NCBI GenBank assembly: GCA_052388435.1
Contig: JBQTIC010000019.1
Coordinates: 13,769 to 77,768 of the forward strand
DNA from: Chromatiales bacterium
GTDB taxonomy: Bacteria; Pseudomonadota; Gammaproteobacteria; JAJPIJ01
Direction: 5' to 3'
Length of the DNA stretch: 64,000 nt
The position numbers were made by a program, and so were the translations under genes. The notes beneath the pieces are model-generated. The model saw only the letters and a list, made by a program, of their open reading frames with translations, had not been told where the DNA came from and did not search any database. The first letter of the stretch is position 1. The number at the start of each line of letters is the position of its first letter. Shown piece by piece: positions 54,495 through 64,000 of this stretch.

Positions 54495-55130
54495 TCAGCG
54501 CCCTGCTCTCTCGCTCGCCTCGATGATGACGAGGTGTCGTTCGGCCTCCACCCCCGGGATGACCAGCCGTTGCGTCCTCGCCACGAGTCCACTGGCAAGC
54601 GCCTTCGTCTTTTCACCTGGCTTCGCGCCTTTCATGGCCAGTAGCCGTCCCCTCGGCCCGAGCATCGGTGCCGCGACCTCAACGAACGCGGAGAGATCGG
54701 AAAACGCCCGCGAGATGATGCAATCAAACAACGCGCCGGGACGATACTCCTCGACGCGGCTGTGTACTACTTCAACGTTGGCGAGCTTCAGTTCGATCAC
54801 CGCCTGGGTCAGAAAGCGTGTCTTCTTGCCGCGGCTGTCGAGCAGCGTGCAATGCAGGTCATCCCGCGCAACGGCAAGCACCAGTCCGGGCAGACCGGCA
54901 CCACTGCCCACATCCAGCAGTCGCGATCCCTCCACATAGGGAAGAACCGCCAGGCTATCGAGCAGATGGTGAGTCACCATCTCCCGCGGCGCGCGGATGG
55001 CCGTCAGGTTGTACACGCGATTCCACTTCTGTAACAGATCCACGTAGTCCAGAAGTAGACAGAGTCGGTCGGTCTCCAGCGCCAAACCGAGCGCAGTGGC
55101 GCCCGCAGAAAGGCTTTCGTCGAGTTTCAT
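54495..55130 (-). CDS. rsmG: 16S rRNA (guanine527-N7)-methyltransferase
   Basis: GidB family; SAM-binding LLDVGSGAGLPG motif; 211 aa. Confidence 0.9.
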   Translation of the reverse strand: MKLDESLSAGATALGLALETDRLCLLLDYVDLLQKWNRVYNLTAIRAPREMVTHHLLDSLAVLPYVEGSRLLDVGSGAGLPGLVLAVARDDLHCTLLDSRGKKTRFLTQAVIELKLANVEVVHSRVEEYRPGALFDCIISRAFSDLSAFVEVAAPMLGPRGRLLAMKGAKPGEKTKALASGLVARTQRLVIPGVEAERHLVIIEASERAGR

Positions 55131-55996
55131 GACACCCCCAGAATCCAGCCCTCGACCTCTGCATAAGCTCGATCCGTCTCGTTCAATGGGAGCTCAAAAT
55201 GGCGTTCAAGCGTGCCGTCCACGTCAACGCGTTGCAGCCACGCAGCGATTGAGAATGCGTCGTGTTGATCAGAGGTTCGATCTTCACGGGGGAACTGCTT
55301 GTTCCAGAGCGATGGATAAACTTCTGCTACACAGGACATCCCCTGGCCGATCCTCCAACCATCGAACGGCCAGATGTGCACGCGTCCGCGCGTCTGTTCA
55401 CGCAGTCGGCGTAGCCAAGGCAGACCGGCATGGGTCGACTTGGCGACCGAACCCGGCACGTCGAAATGAAAGACTGATTTGGCCTTTCCGGCGCGAACTT
55501 CCGTCAGCCGCCGCCAGCGTGTACTGCCGCCGCGTGCAGCGGCGTCCCCGTACAGGCCGTCACGGATAAAATCCACATACATGTGATCACCGTCTGTCGG
55601 CCAGTGGGCGGAGAAGTCACGGAGCAAGGCTGGCCAGTCGGGCGACAGGCCATGTGCCTCGAAGTAGCGCAGCGGGACCGAAAAACCGTGGTCGATACCA
55701 ACTATAGCTAGACTGCCCTCTTCCGAAAGCGTTGCGATCAACCAATGGGCCAGTGCGCTGCGCGTCCAATAGCGTTTCGGACCGAGCGGCGGCGGAATCT
55801 CTTCGGGCAGGTTAGTTCGATTGGCAGCGTAAACGCGCAGCCCTTTCAGGCTGGCCTGCGGCGTCTCAGCACCGGAGTAGTCAATGCCGATATAGCGTTC
55901 AAACTGCGGCATCGTCTCGGATCTGCCATCACCCGCAAGTCTTGCATGTTCCTCAACGATGGCGCGCCCCAAGCAGGTTTCCTGGCTTTTCGTCAT
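55127..55996 (-). CDS. hypothetical protein, 289 aa, inserted between mnmG and rsmG
   Basis: Intact ORF whose TGA overlaps the rsmG ATG (ATGA). It contains two hhGID motifs (YIGIDYSGA, IVGIDHGFS). No family assigned with confidence. Confidence 0.5.
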   Translation of the reverse strand: MTKSQETCLGRAIVEEHARLAGDGRSETMPQFERYIGIDYSGAETPQASLKGLRVYAANRTNLPEEIPPPLGPKRYWTRSALAHWLIATLSEEGSLAIVGIDHGFSVPLRYFEAHGLSPDWPALLRDFSAHWPTDGDHMYVDFIRDGLYGDAAARGGSTRWRRLTEVRAGKAKSVFHFDVPGSVAKSTHAGLPWLRRLREQTRGRVHIWPFDGWRIGQGMSCVAEVYPSLWNKQFPREDRTSDQHDAFSIAAWLQRVDVDGTLERHFELPLNETDRAYAEVEGWILGVS

Positions 55997-56087
55997 AGCT
56001 CCCGCTCCCCGAACCCGACTGTGGAGCGCCGATCCCGGAAGGTTTGTCGTTAGCCTGCCAGCAACAGGCTGATTTGAGCCAATCCGA

Positions 56088-57962
56088 TTAAGCGGAGCGC
56101 TTCTTCAGGTGCACGAGAAGGAGGGACACAGCGGCTGGCGTCACGCCGGAGATGCGCGAGGCCTGGCCAAGCGTTGCAGGGCGGTAATCGCTGAGCTTCT
56201 GCACAACTTCGTTTGAGAGCCCCCTGACGTCGCGATAGTCGATGTCCGGCGGCAGCACCGTCTCCTCATGGCGGCGGGCGCGCTCGATCTCATCGCTCTG
56301 GCGATCGATGTAGCCGCTGTAACGCGCCTGTATTTCCAGCTGCTCGACAACCTCGGTGTCATCCACCCCAGGACCCATGCCCGAGAGTGTCATCAAGGAT
56401 CGGTAGGTCACGTCCGGACGGCGAAGCAGTTCGGCCGCACAGTGTTCGCGCTCGATAGGTCCGCCCAGTACCCGTTCGGTCTCCTCAACGGAATGGCTCG
56501 CTGGCTGCAGCCAGACACCTCGCAGGCGCTGCTGCTCGCACTCGATCATGTCGCGCTTGCACTCAAAGCGCCGCCAGCGCGCCTCGTCGATCAGTCCAAG
56601 CTCGCGGCCCCTCGGCGTCAGGCGCAGATCTGCGTTGTCCTCGCGCAGCAGCAGGCGATACTCCGCGCGGCTCGTGAACATGCGATAGGGCTCGCTGGTG
56701 CCGCGCGTGACGAGATCATCGATGAGCACGCCGATGTAGGCCTCGTCGCGCCGCGGCCACCACGGCTCCCGGGCCTGCACGCGGCACGCAGCGTTGATAC
56801 CGGCGATGATGCCCTGCGCGGCGGCCTCCTCGTAGCCCGTTGTACCGTTGATCTGTCCGGCGAAGTAGAGCCCCGGGACATGCTTCGTCTCCAGCGAGGG
56901 ACGTAAATCACGCGGGTCGAAATAGTCGTATTCGATGGCGTAACCTGGCCGCGTGATGTGGGCATTCTCAAAGCCATCGATGCTGCGCACCATCTCGTAT
57001 TGAACGTCGAACGGCAGGCTCGTGGAAATACCGTTGGGATACACCTCCTGCGTATCGAGGCCCTCCGGCTCGACGAAGATCTGGTGCGAGGACTTCTGTG
57101 CAAAGCGCACCACCTTGTCTTCCACCGACGGGCAGTAGCGCGGGCCGACACCTTCGATCGCACCGCTATACATGGGCGAGCGGTGCAGGCCTGCGCGGAT
57201 GACGTCGTGCGTGCGCTCGTTGGTACGCGTGATGTGACAGTGCACCTGCCGCGGGTGCATGCATGCGTCACCCACGAACGAGAATACCGGCATCGGCTCA
57301 TCGCCCGGCTGCAGCTCAAACCGTCGGTAGTCCAGCGTCCGGCCATCGAGCCGCGGCGGTGTGCCGGTCTTCAGCCGCGCAACTCGGAAGGGTAGCTCGC
57401 GCAAGCGGCACGACAAGGCATTGGCGGGCGGATCGCCGGCGCGGCCGCCCTGATAGTTACTGTCGCCGATGTGGATGCGTCCGCCGAGAAACGTGCCGAC
57501 GGTGAGCACCACGGCGCGCGCACGGAAACGCAGTCCCATCTGCGTCATCACTCCTGCCGTCTCGCGGTGCTCGAGGATTAAATCATCGACTGATTGCTGG
57601 AAGACACTCAGGTTGCGCTGACTCTCGAGGGCCTTGCGCACCACCTGCTTGTAAAGCGCCCGGTCGATCTGTGCGCGCGTGGCGCGCACGGCGGGACCCT
57701 TGCTGCGGTTGAGGACGCGGAAGTGAATGCCGCATCGATCGGCGGCTATGCCCATCCACCCGCCGAGGGCGTCGATCTCCTTGACCAGGTGGCCCTTGCC
57801 GATGCCGCCGATCGCTGGGTTGCAGGACATGGCCCCAAGGGTCTCGATGCTCTGAGTCAGCAGCAACGTGTTTGCTCCCATGCGCGCGGCGGCGAGCGCG
57901 GCCTCGGTACCGGCATGGCCGCCGCCGACTACTATGACGTCAAAATGTTGTGGATGCAGCAT
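56088..57962 (-). CDS. mnmG: tRNA uridine-5-carboxymethylaminomethyl modification enzyme MnmG (GidA)
   Basis: FAD-binding [11 protein letters not shown]-terminus; 624 aa; conserved along its full length. Confidence 0.95.
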   Translation of the reverse strand: MLHPQHFDVIVVGGGHAGTEAALAAARMGANTLLLTQSIETLGAMSCNPAIGGIGKGHLVKEIDALGGWMGIAADRCGIHFRVLNRSKGPAVRATRAQIDRALYKQVVRKALESQRNLSVFQQSVDDLILEHRETAGVMTQMGLRFRARAVVLTVGTFLGGRIHIGDSNYQGGRAGDPPANALSCRLRELPFRVARLKTGTPPRLDGRTLDYRRFELQPGDEPMPVFSFVGDACMHPRQVHCHITRTNERTHDVIRAGLHRSPMYSGAIEGVGPRYCPSVEDKVVRFAQKSSHQIFVEPEGLDTQEVYPNGISTSLPFDVQYEMVRSIDGFENAHITRPGYAIEYDYFDPRDLRPSLETKHVPGLYFAGQINGTTGYEEAAAQGIIAGINAACRVQAREPWWPRRDEAYIGVLIDDLVTRGTSEPYRMFTSRAEYRLLLREDNADLRLTPRGRELGLIDEARWRRFECKRDMIECEQQRLRGVWLQPASHSVEETERVLGGPIEREHCAAELLRRPDVTYRSLMTLSGMGPGVDDTEVVEQLEIQARYSGYIDRQSDEIERARRHEETVLPPDIDYRDVRGLSNEVVQKLSDYRPATLGQASRISGVTPAAVSLLLVHLKKRSA

Positions 57963-58024
57963 GGTTGGCTGTGACTGTCGACATTCACCTGCCAGCTAAG
58001 GCGGCCATTATAATCCCTGGCGCC

Positions 58025-59293
58025 ATGCTCCCGACCCGCCGCTCTCGATCCTCCCATCCCAGAACGTCCGCGTTGCGCTGGTTGCTGCTTGCCGCGGCGT
58101 TCGGCTTGCTGGTAGCGGGGTGCGAACGCCCGCGATCGCCCGCCTCCCTGCCCCGCCAGCCCGCCCACAGCTATCCGCTGCACAATGGCGAGGCCGTGCG
58201 CAATATCATCTATATGATCGGCGACGGAATGGGCATGGGCCAGATCGTCGCGGCGCGCATGCGTGCCCACGGCGCCGATGGTCAGCTCGCGCTTGATCGC
58301 ATGCCGGTGCTGGGACACATAACCACCTACTCTTCCGATGAACTGGTGACCGACTCGGCCGCCGCCGGCACGGCGCTCTCAACGGGACTCAAGACCGCCA
58401 ACCGTCGCATCGCCGTGACCCCTGACGGCCAGGTCGCCTACAGCATCCTGGAGGCGGCTCGCGACCGCGGGCTGGCGACGGGGCTGGTGGTAACCTCGAC
58501 CATTACACATGCCACACCGGCCGTGTTCGCCGCTCACCACAACAACCGCAGGGATGAGATGACGATTGCCATCCAGATGCTCGACAGCGGCGTGGACGTG
58601 CTGCTGGGCGGGGGTCGACGCTACTTTCTGCCGGAGTCTGAACCTGGCGGCGCGCGCGTGGACGGCCGCAACCTGCTCGAGGAGGCTCGGCAGAAAGGCT
58701 ATACGATTGTGGCCGATGCCGCGGCGCTCGCGCAGGCGCGCGGTCCGCGTTTGCTCGGCCTTTTCGCCGACGCGGGCATGACCACCGTATCACCCGAACC
58801 GTCCCTGGCTGCGATGGCGGGGCGCGCGCTCGAACTGCTGTCTGCGCGCCAAAGGGATTTCTTCCTCATGATCGAAGGCAGCCAGATCGACTGGGGAGGA
58901 CACCAAAATAACCCGGACTACGCCATTCGCGAGACGCTGCTTTTTGATGAAGCGGTCAGGACCGCGGTCGAGTTCGCGCGCCACGATGGGCACACGCTGG
59001 TGGTGGTCACCGCCGACCATGAGACCGGGGGCATGGCCATCAACGACGGCACCCTCGATGGCAGCCGTCTCGATATCGGCTGGACGACCAGGAAGCACAC
59101 CGGTGTGGACGTCCCTGTCTTCGCCTTCGGCCCGCGCGCCGTCGACTTCACCGGTGTCTATGACAACACGCGGATTCCGAGGCTCTTCGCCGAGTACCTC
59201 GGCGTGCCAGACTTCCCGCGCGTCCTGCCCGATGCGCCTGCAATGGACATTGGCATGGATGAACCATCGGCAATCGACGAAGACGATCGATGA
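58025..59293 (+). CDS. alkaline phosphatase (PhoA family) lipoprotein; start placed at ATG 58025 rather than the reported 57950
   Basis: Lipoprotein signal peptide ending in LVAGC; catalytic-site region DGMGMGQ...S; metal ligands (DHETGG-like, HTG). The 57950 start would overlap mnmG and lacks a signal peptide. Confidence 0.85.
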   Translation: MLPTRRSRSSHPRTSALRWLLLAAAFGLLVAGCERPRSPASLPRQPAHSYPLHNGEAVRNIIYMIGDGMGMGQIVAARMRAHGADGQLALDRMPVLGHITTYSSDELVTDSAAAGTALSTGLKTANRRIAVTPDGQVAYSILEAARDRGLATGLVVTSTITHATPAVFAAHHNNRRDEMTIAIQMLDSGVDVLLGGGRRYFLPESEPGGARVDGRNLLEEARQKGYTIVADAAALAQARGPRLLGLFADAGMTTVSPEPSLAAMAGRALELLSARQRDFFLMIEGSQIDWGGHQNNPDYAIRETLLFDEAVRTAVEFARHDGHTLVVVTADHETGGMAINDGTLDGSRLDIGWTTRKHTGVDVPVFAFGPRAVDFTGVYDNTRIPRLFAEYLGVPDFPRVLPDAPAMDIGMDEPSAIDEDDR

Positions 59294-59548
59294 CGCGAGT
59301 CAATGGCAGGTCCGCGGCAGGCTGGCTCATGCACCAATCGGCGTGATGGGTGCTCGCCGACGACGTGCTCCGCCGCGACGACGCCCCCGCACGGAGAGGT
59401 GTCCGCCGCCCCATGGTAAGGAGCGGCACGGGCAAGGGCCGTATCGGCCGCCCTAACCCGCATGGGCCTCTGGTAAGCGCCGCAGAGCTCGGAGCGGAGA
59501 CACGGGATAAGCCTGGCCGGCCTGACCGCGCCGGCGACATTTCTCCTT

Positions 59549-60094
59549 CTACCAGGGGGGCGAGCGCGAGGCAATGTGCCGATCCTTCAACCGCGCGTAG
59601 TGCGCGGCGGAATAGTCGAGCATCTCCAGCTCGAGTTCCGTGAGCGGCCTCACCCTCTTGGCCGGCATGCCGACCCATAGGTAGCCGCTTTCCAGTTCCT
59701 TGCCGGGCGGAACCAGGCTGCCCGCCCCGAGCATGACACTGGGGTGCAGGACCGCGCCGTCCATTACCGTGGCCGCCATGCCGATAAGACAGAGGTCGCC
59801 GATCGTGCAGGCGTGGAGGATGGCCTTGTGGCCGATGGTGACGCGGTTGCCGACCCGCAGCGACTGGCCGCCGGGGGTGAACTTTCCGTCGTGAGTCACG
59901 TGCATCACCGTGCCGTCCTGGATGTTGGTGTACTCCCCAATCACTATCGTGTTGACGTCGCCGCGCGCCACCACCATCGGCCACAGCGAGGAGTGTGCGC
60001 CGACGGTAACATCGCCGATCACGACCGCGGCAGGGTCGATGTAGGCCGTGGCGGCAACAGCCGGCCGCTTGCCATCGAATTGACGGATTGACAT
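59549..60094 (-). CDS. gamma-class carbonic anhydrase-like / hexapeptide-repeat (YrdA/PaaY-like) protein; start placed at MSIRQF
   Basis: Left-handed beta-helix hexapeptide repeats with conserved His ligands; about 181 aa. Confidence 0.8.
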   Translation of the reverse strand: MSIRQFDGKRPAVAATAYIDPAAVVIGDVTVGAHSSLWPMVVARGDVNTIVIGEYTNIQDGTVMHVTHDGKFTPGGQSLRVGNRVTIGHKAILHACTIGDLCLIGMAATVMDGAVLHPSVMLGAGSLVPPGKELESGYLWVGMPAKRVRPLTELELEMLDYSAAHYARLKDRHIASRSPPW

Positions 60095-60200
60095 TGAAAC
60101 CCTGTAACCAGACCGGGCGTTCGAGTCACTAACCAGGAAAGGGCCCGATCGGCAGACTGCGCGCGAACCGAGACCTGCCAATAGAGTCGAACCGATCAAC

Positions 60201-60239
60201 ACCTTTCCGCTGGACCTTTCCACTGGACCTTTCCACTGG
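60201..60239. repeat. three tandem 13-bp direct repeats ACCTTTCC(G/A)CTGG in a divergent promoter region
   Basis: acctttccGctgg, acctttccActgg, acctttccActgg, head-to-tail; 23 nt upstream of the thioredoxin-like gene ATG. Confidence 0.85.
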
Positions 60240-60261
60240 CGTCCCCACCGGAGAATATCCC

Positions 60262-60822
60262 ATGCGTGCAAGCAATTCGACACTCTCCCTCATCGCGGCG
60301 GTGACCTTGGGCGTGCTCACGCCAGCGGAGCGTGGCGACGCGGTCGTCAACCCCGGAGATGCTCCGCCCGCCCCGGAATTCACTCACCAGCGCACCGAGG
60401 AGTGGATCAACTCTCCGCCGCTGCGGCTTCAGGATCTGCGCGGCAGCGTGGTCCTGCTCGACTTCTGGACCTTCGACTGCTGGAACTGCTACCGTTCGTT
60501 TCCGTGGCTGCGCACTGTCGAAGCCAGGTACGCGGAGAAGGGATTGAAGGTGATCGGCGTGCACAGCCCGGAGTTCGATCATGAGAAAGTGCGCGAGAGC
60601 ATCGTCAAAAAGGTCCAGGAGTTCATGCTCGACCACCCGGTCATGATCGACAACGACTTCAGTTACTGGAAGGCGATGCGCAACCGCTACTGGCCGGCAT
60701 TCTTCCTCATCGACAAGCAGGGGCGCGTGCGCGCGGTCCATGTCGGCGAAACTCATAAAGAGGACGGACAGGCGCGCGAGATCGAACGCGACATCGAGAC
60801 CCTCCTCGCTGAGCCCTCCTGA
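60262..60822 (+). CDS. secreted thioredoxin-fold thiol:disulfide oxidoreductase (TlpA/redoxin-like)
   Basis: Signal peptide; CWNC CxxC motif in a thioredoxin-like context (VLLDFWTFDCWNC...VIGVHSPEF). Confidence 0.7.
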   Translation: MRASNSTLSLIAAVTLGVLTPAERGDAVVNPGDAPPAPEFTHQRTEEWINSPPLRLQDLRGSVVLLDFWTFDCWNCYRSFPWLRTVEARYAEKGLKVIGVHSPEFDHEKVRESIVKKVQEFMLDHPVMIDNDFSYWKAMRNRYWPAFFLIDKQGRVRAVHVGETHKEDGQAREIERDIETLLAEPS

Positions 60823-60861
60823 CACGCACGAGAGCCGTCCCGCACCCGTGCCCGGCGCTGC

Positions 60862-63033
60862 TTAACGCGTCATCCGCCAGCAGCGATGGACGCGGGGATT
60901 GCGCGCGAAATCCCGCGGGATCGTCCGTACGGTGATGTCCACGATCTTGAGATCGCTCAGTCCCTCGACATCGAGCCTGAACCGCTGACGATTGGTGGAA
61001 AAGACCAGCGTGCCGTCCGCGGTCAGCAGCGAAGTCGCCAGGCGGATGAGCTGTACATGGTCGCGCTGGATATCGAGTGTGGTGCGCATGCGCTTGGAGG
61101 TCGAAAAGGTGGGCGGATCCAGGAAGATGAGTCCGTAGCTCCGAGCCTCGCTGTCCCTCGCTCGCTGCTCGAGCCAGGTCAGGCAGTCCGCCTGCATCAG
61201 CCGGTGTCGCGCCGTGTCGAGACCGTTGAGGGCAAAATTGCGCCGCGCCCAGCCCAGGTAAGTCGCGGACATGTCCACCGAAAGACTGCTCGCGGCGCCG
61301 CCCATGGCCGCGTGCACCGTGGCGGCCGCCGTGTAGCAGAACAGGTTGAGAAAGTCACGGCCCTGCGCCCACTCGCTCAAGCGCGAACGGGTGATGCGGT
61401 GATCGAGGAACAGGCCGGTGTCGAGATAGTCGGTGAAGTTGACGAGCAACCGGCAGGGACCTTCGCGCACTTCGTGAAACTCCCCGGTCGCGGCCAGTTT
61501 TTCGTACTGAGAGCGGTCGCTCTGCCGCTCGCGGCGCTTAAGAATGATCCGTTCACGTTCAACCTCCAGCGCCGCCGGCAGAAGGTTGAGAATCTCGCGC
61601 AGCCGCCGCTTCGCCTTGTCAGCGTCGATGTTTTTCGGGGCGGCGTACTCCTGCACGAGCACGAAACGGCGCTCGCCACTGTGGTAAAGGTCGATGGCGA
61701 CGGCGTACTCGGGCATGTCGGCATCGTAGAGACGGTAGCAGGAGATCTGCTGCCTCACCGCCCAGCGTGCGACGTTGCGCAGGTTCTTGTGCAGGCGGTT
61801 GGCGAACATCTGCGCGCCCACGCTCGGCGGCCTCGCGGCGGCGGCCCGCCGCCGCTCCTCCGTGCTCTTCTCGAGAGACTGCTCGTCGAGCCCGAAGCGC
61901 AGCAACCGGCACTCGATGCTGCCGTTGTACAGCACGTGCGTGCGGCGCGCCTTTAGTCCAAGGTGCCGACCGAGCGCCGGGTTGCCGGTGAACACCGCCG
62001 CCTCCCAGCCCGTGTAGCGCTCGCGCAGGCAGGTGCCGAGTTCGGCGTACAGCGTCCGCAGCGATTCGATTTCGCCCAGCCGCTCGCCGTAAGGTGGGTT
62101 GGCCGCGACCAGTCCGCGCGGTGCCCGTGGTTCCGGCGCAACGCTCAGATCGCCACGTTCGATCTGCACAACGCCTTGCAAGCCGGCCCGCGCCACGTTG
62201 GCGCGCGCGGCGCGCACCGCGTTTTCGTCGGAATCGCAACCGAAGATGGACGGCACTCGCGCGCGACCAGCCTGCGTCCGCTCGCGCGCCTCTTCAAGGA
62301 GTCGCCGCCAAAGGGTGGGTACATGCCCCTGCCAGCTTAAGAAACCGAAGTATTGCCGGTTGATGGCCGGTGCTATATCACCGGCCATCAGTGCCGCCTC
62401 GATGGGCAGGGTGCCCGATCCGCACATGAGATCGACGAATGCGTCACCATCGTGCGCTATCGCCGGCCAGCCGGCGCGTAACAGGATCGCCGCCGCGAGG
62501 TTCTCCTTGAGCGGCGCCTCCACCGCACGCTCGCGGTAACCGCGGCGATGCAAACTGTCGCCCGAAAGGTCGATTGCAACGCTGGCCTCGTCACGATGGA
62601 GAAAGACATTGACCCTGATGTCGGGCCGCTCAAGCGCCACGGAGGGTCTCGCCCGGTGACGCTGGCGCAACTGATCGACGATGGCATCCTTGACCTTCTG
62701 CGCGGCAAACCGCGAGTGTCTGATCGGCGACTGGCGCGTGTTGCAGTCGACAGCCAGCGTGCCAGATGGCCTCAGCTGCTCGTCCCAGCGAACGGTCTGC
62801 ACCCCCGAGTACAGTGCCTCGGGGTCCGGTGCCTTGAACTGCGCAATGGAGAGCAGCACGCGGCTTGCCGTGCGCGACCACAGGCAGGCGCGGTAACCGG
62901 TTTCCAAAGTGCCCGCAAAGACCACACCCGCCGCGACCTCGCGCAGCTCCTCGGCGCCAAACTCGCGCAGCTCCTGCATGAGCAGCGCCGTTGTGCCCTT
63001 CGGCGCCGTGGCGAAGAAGCGGAGACTGGACAT
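60862..63033 (-). CDS. rlmL: bifunctional 23S rRNA m2G2445 / m7G2069 methyltransferase RlmKL
   Basis: 723 aa; THUMP plus an N-terminal SAM methyltransferase (RlmL) and a C-terminal RlmK methyltransferase domain. Confidence 0.9.
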   Translation of the reverse strand: MSSLRFFATAPKGTTALLMQELREFGAEELREVAAGVVFAGTLETGYRACLWSRTASRVLLSIAQFKAPDPEALYSGVQTVRWDEQLRPSGTLAVDCNTRQSPIRHSRFAAQKVKDAIVDQLRQRHRARPSVALERPDIRVNVFLHRDEASVAIDLSGDSLHRRGYRERAVEAPLKENLAAAILLRAGWPAIAHDGDAFVDLMCGSGTLPIEAALMAGDIAPAINRQYFGFLSWQGHVPTLWRRLLEEARERTQAGRARVPSIFGCDSDENAVRAARANVARAGLQGVVQIERGDLSVAPEPRAPRGLVAANPPYGERLGEIESLRTLYAELGTCLRERYTGWEAAVFTGNPALGRHLGLKARRTHVLYNGSIECRLLRFGLDEQSLEKSTEERRRAAAARPPSVGAQMFANRLHKNLRNVARWAVRQQISCYRLYDADMPEYAVAIDLYHSGERRFVLVQEYAAPKNIDADKAKRRLREILNLLPAALEVERERIILKRRERQSDRSQYEKLAATGEFHEVREGPCRLLVNFTDYLDTGLFLDHRITRSRLSEWAQGRDFLNLFCYTAAATVHAAMGGAASSLSVDMSATYLGWARRNFALNGLDTARHRLMQADCLTWLEQRARDSEARSYGLIFLDPPTFSTSKRMRTTLDIQRDHVQLIRLATSLLTADGTLVFSTNRQRFRLDVEGLSDLKIVDITVRTIPRDFARNPRVHRCWRMTR

Positions 63034-63277
63034 CAGCGCATTCTACCCGCGGCGCGACGAGTGCCGCGCGCGAACTTAGGAGGCGTCCCGAGGGGCACGG
63101 CGCGACGCCCGGCACGCTGAACACTCAGCTTAACGCGGGTCGCCTGCGGGACGCGGGCGTGTTCGTCGGGGTAGAGGAACCTGACAGGATTGAAAGCGGA
63201 TCAACGCCGATCGGATTGCGCAATGCGCATGCAGGATTTCCGCAGTACGCGCATTTCCGGACCAGCGAGTAAAGAAC

Positions 63278-64000
63278 TCAGTGAGCGGGGACGAGATGGC
63301 CACAAAAGACCTCCGTGCAGCGGCGCCAGGTGTAATTCCGGGCGTGGCGGACGCAGTCCTCGCGATTGAGCTTGAGGGCGCCGAGGACCGCCTGCTTGAG
63401 GTCGCGATCGAGACACCCGGTCCGCCCCGTCTGCACTACATCGATGGGGCCGGGGACCGGATAGGCGGCGATCGGCACGCCGCAGGCCATGGCCTCAAGC
63501 ATGACCAGCCCGAAGGTATCGGTCACGCTCGGGAACACGAACACATCAGCCCCGGCGATCGCGGCGGCGAGTTCGGGGCCGAACAGCGCGCCAGTGAACT
63601 TCACCCACGGATAGGCCGCGCGCAGTTTCGCCAGTGCCGGTCCGTCGCCCACCACGATCTTGCTCCCAGGGATGTCGAGCTCAAGGAACGCCCCAATGTT
63701 CTTCTCCACCGCCACGCGGCCGACGAAGATGGCGATGGGCGCCGGCAGGTCGAATAGCCGTCTGCGGGCTGGCCGGAAGAGATCCGTGTCGACGCCGCGG
63801 CCCCAGATAACTAGGCGCTCGAAGCCGTAGCGCTGCAGCCGCACGCGCTGGGAGGAGGTGGGCACCATGGTCAGGGCGGCGCTGCCGTGGAAGCGCCGCA
63901 GCCAACGGTAGCTCCACGTAAGCGGGACAGGGACGTTGCGCGCGCGGATGTATTCCGGAAACTGCGTGTGAAACGAGGTCGTGAACGCCAGCCGGTGTAC
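63278..64000 (-). CDS. family-1 (GT4-like) glycosyltransferase, 5'-truncated by the window edge
   Basis: C-terminal GT-B domain E..GLVMLEAMACGVPI motif; frame is open upstream of the reported Met through to position 64000. Confidence 0.7.
   Translation of the reverse strand, partial: VHRLAFTTSFHTQFPEYIRARNVPVPLTWSYRWLRRFHGSAALTMVPTSSQRVRLQRYGFERLVIWGRGVDTDLFRPARRRLFDLPAPIAIFVGRVAVEKNIGAFLELDIPGSKIVVGDGPALAKLRAAYPWVKFTGALFGPELAAAIAGADVFVFPSVTDTFGLVMLEAMACGVPIAAYPVPGPIDVVQTGRTGCLDRDLKQAVLGALKLNREDCVRHARNYTWRRCTEVFCGHLVPAH

Noticed and set aside
57950-58024. Upstream start for the alkaline phosphatase ORF
   Set aside because: It would overlap the mnmG start codon region and precede, rather than begin, the lipoprotein signal peptide.
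60105-60117. GGGCGTTCGAGTC, T-loop-like tRNA signature
   Set aside because: No complementary T-stem, acceptor stem or anticodon arm could be built around it. It is likely chance.

Overview
This is a high-GC (~65%) chromosomal segment, probably gammaproteobacterial, densely packed with housekeeping genes and interrupted by a few short low-GC or AT-rich islets. Reading left to right, it encodes Lon protease and pyruvate kinase, then a minus-strand sulfur-assimilation cluster: a DUF934 protein, a CysI-type sulfite reductase, a 192-aa hypothetical, and a 763-aa NirA/Sir-type reductase with a C-terminal extension. Next come a divergent EF-G paralog, zapE, a Sel1-repeat protein, gcvT-gcvH-gcvP with gcvR, and two RRM-type RNA-binding protein paralogs, each with a long structured leader. 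Further on are rimO, a disrupted MBL-fold gene, a VOC enzyme, and a putative msrA-msrB-molybdopterin oxidoreductase operon. A REC-GAF-GGDEF diguanylate cyclase with a STAS partner follows, then a ~900-bp non-coding stretch carrying a tight cluster of perfect hairpins that I read as a candidate ncRNA. The remainder holds an APC permease, a PepSY/OmpR-type two-component module, two tandem nitrilase-family hydrolases (the second reading through into rraA), and the conserved origin-proximal block glmU-atpCDGAHFEBI-parBA-rsmG-mnmG. That block carries two insertions: an unknown 289-aa gene between mnmG and rsmG, and an AdoMetDC-like gene. The window ends with a lipoprotein alkaline phosphatase, a gamma-carbonic-anhydrase-like protein, a thioredoxin-fold protein, rlmKL and a 5'-truncated glycosyltransferase. 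I found no rRNA, tRNA, CRISPR array or transposase/integrase. All calls come from reading the ORF translations and raw sequence. No database search was run.
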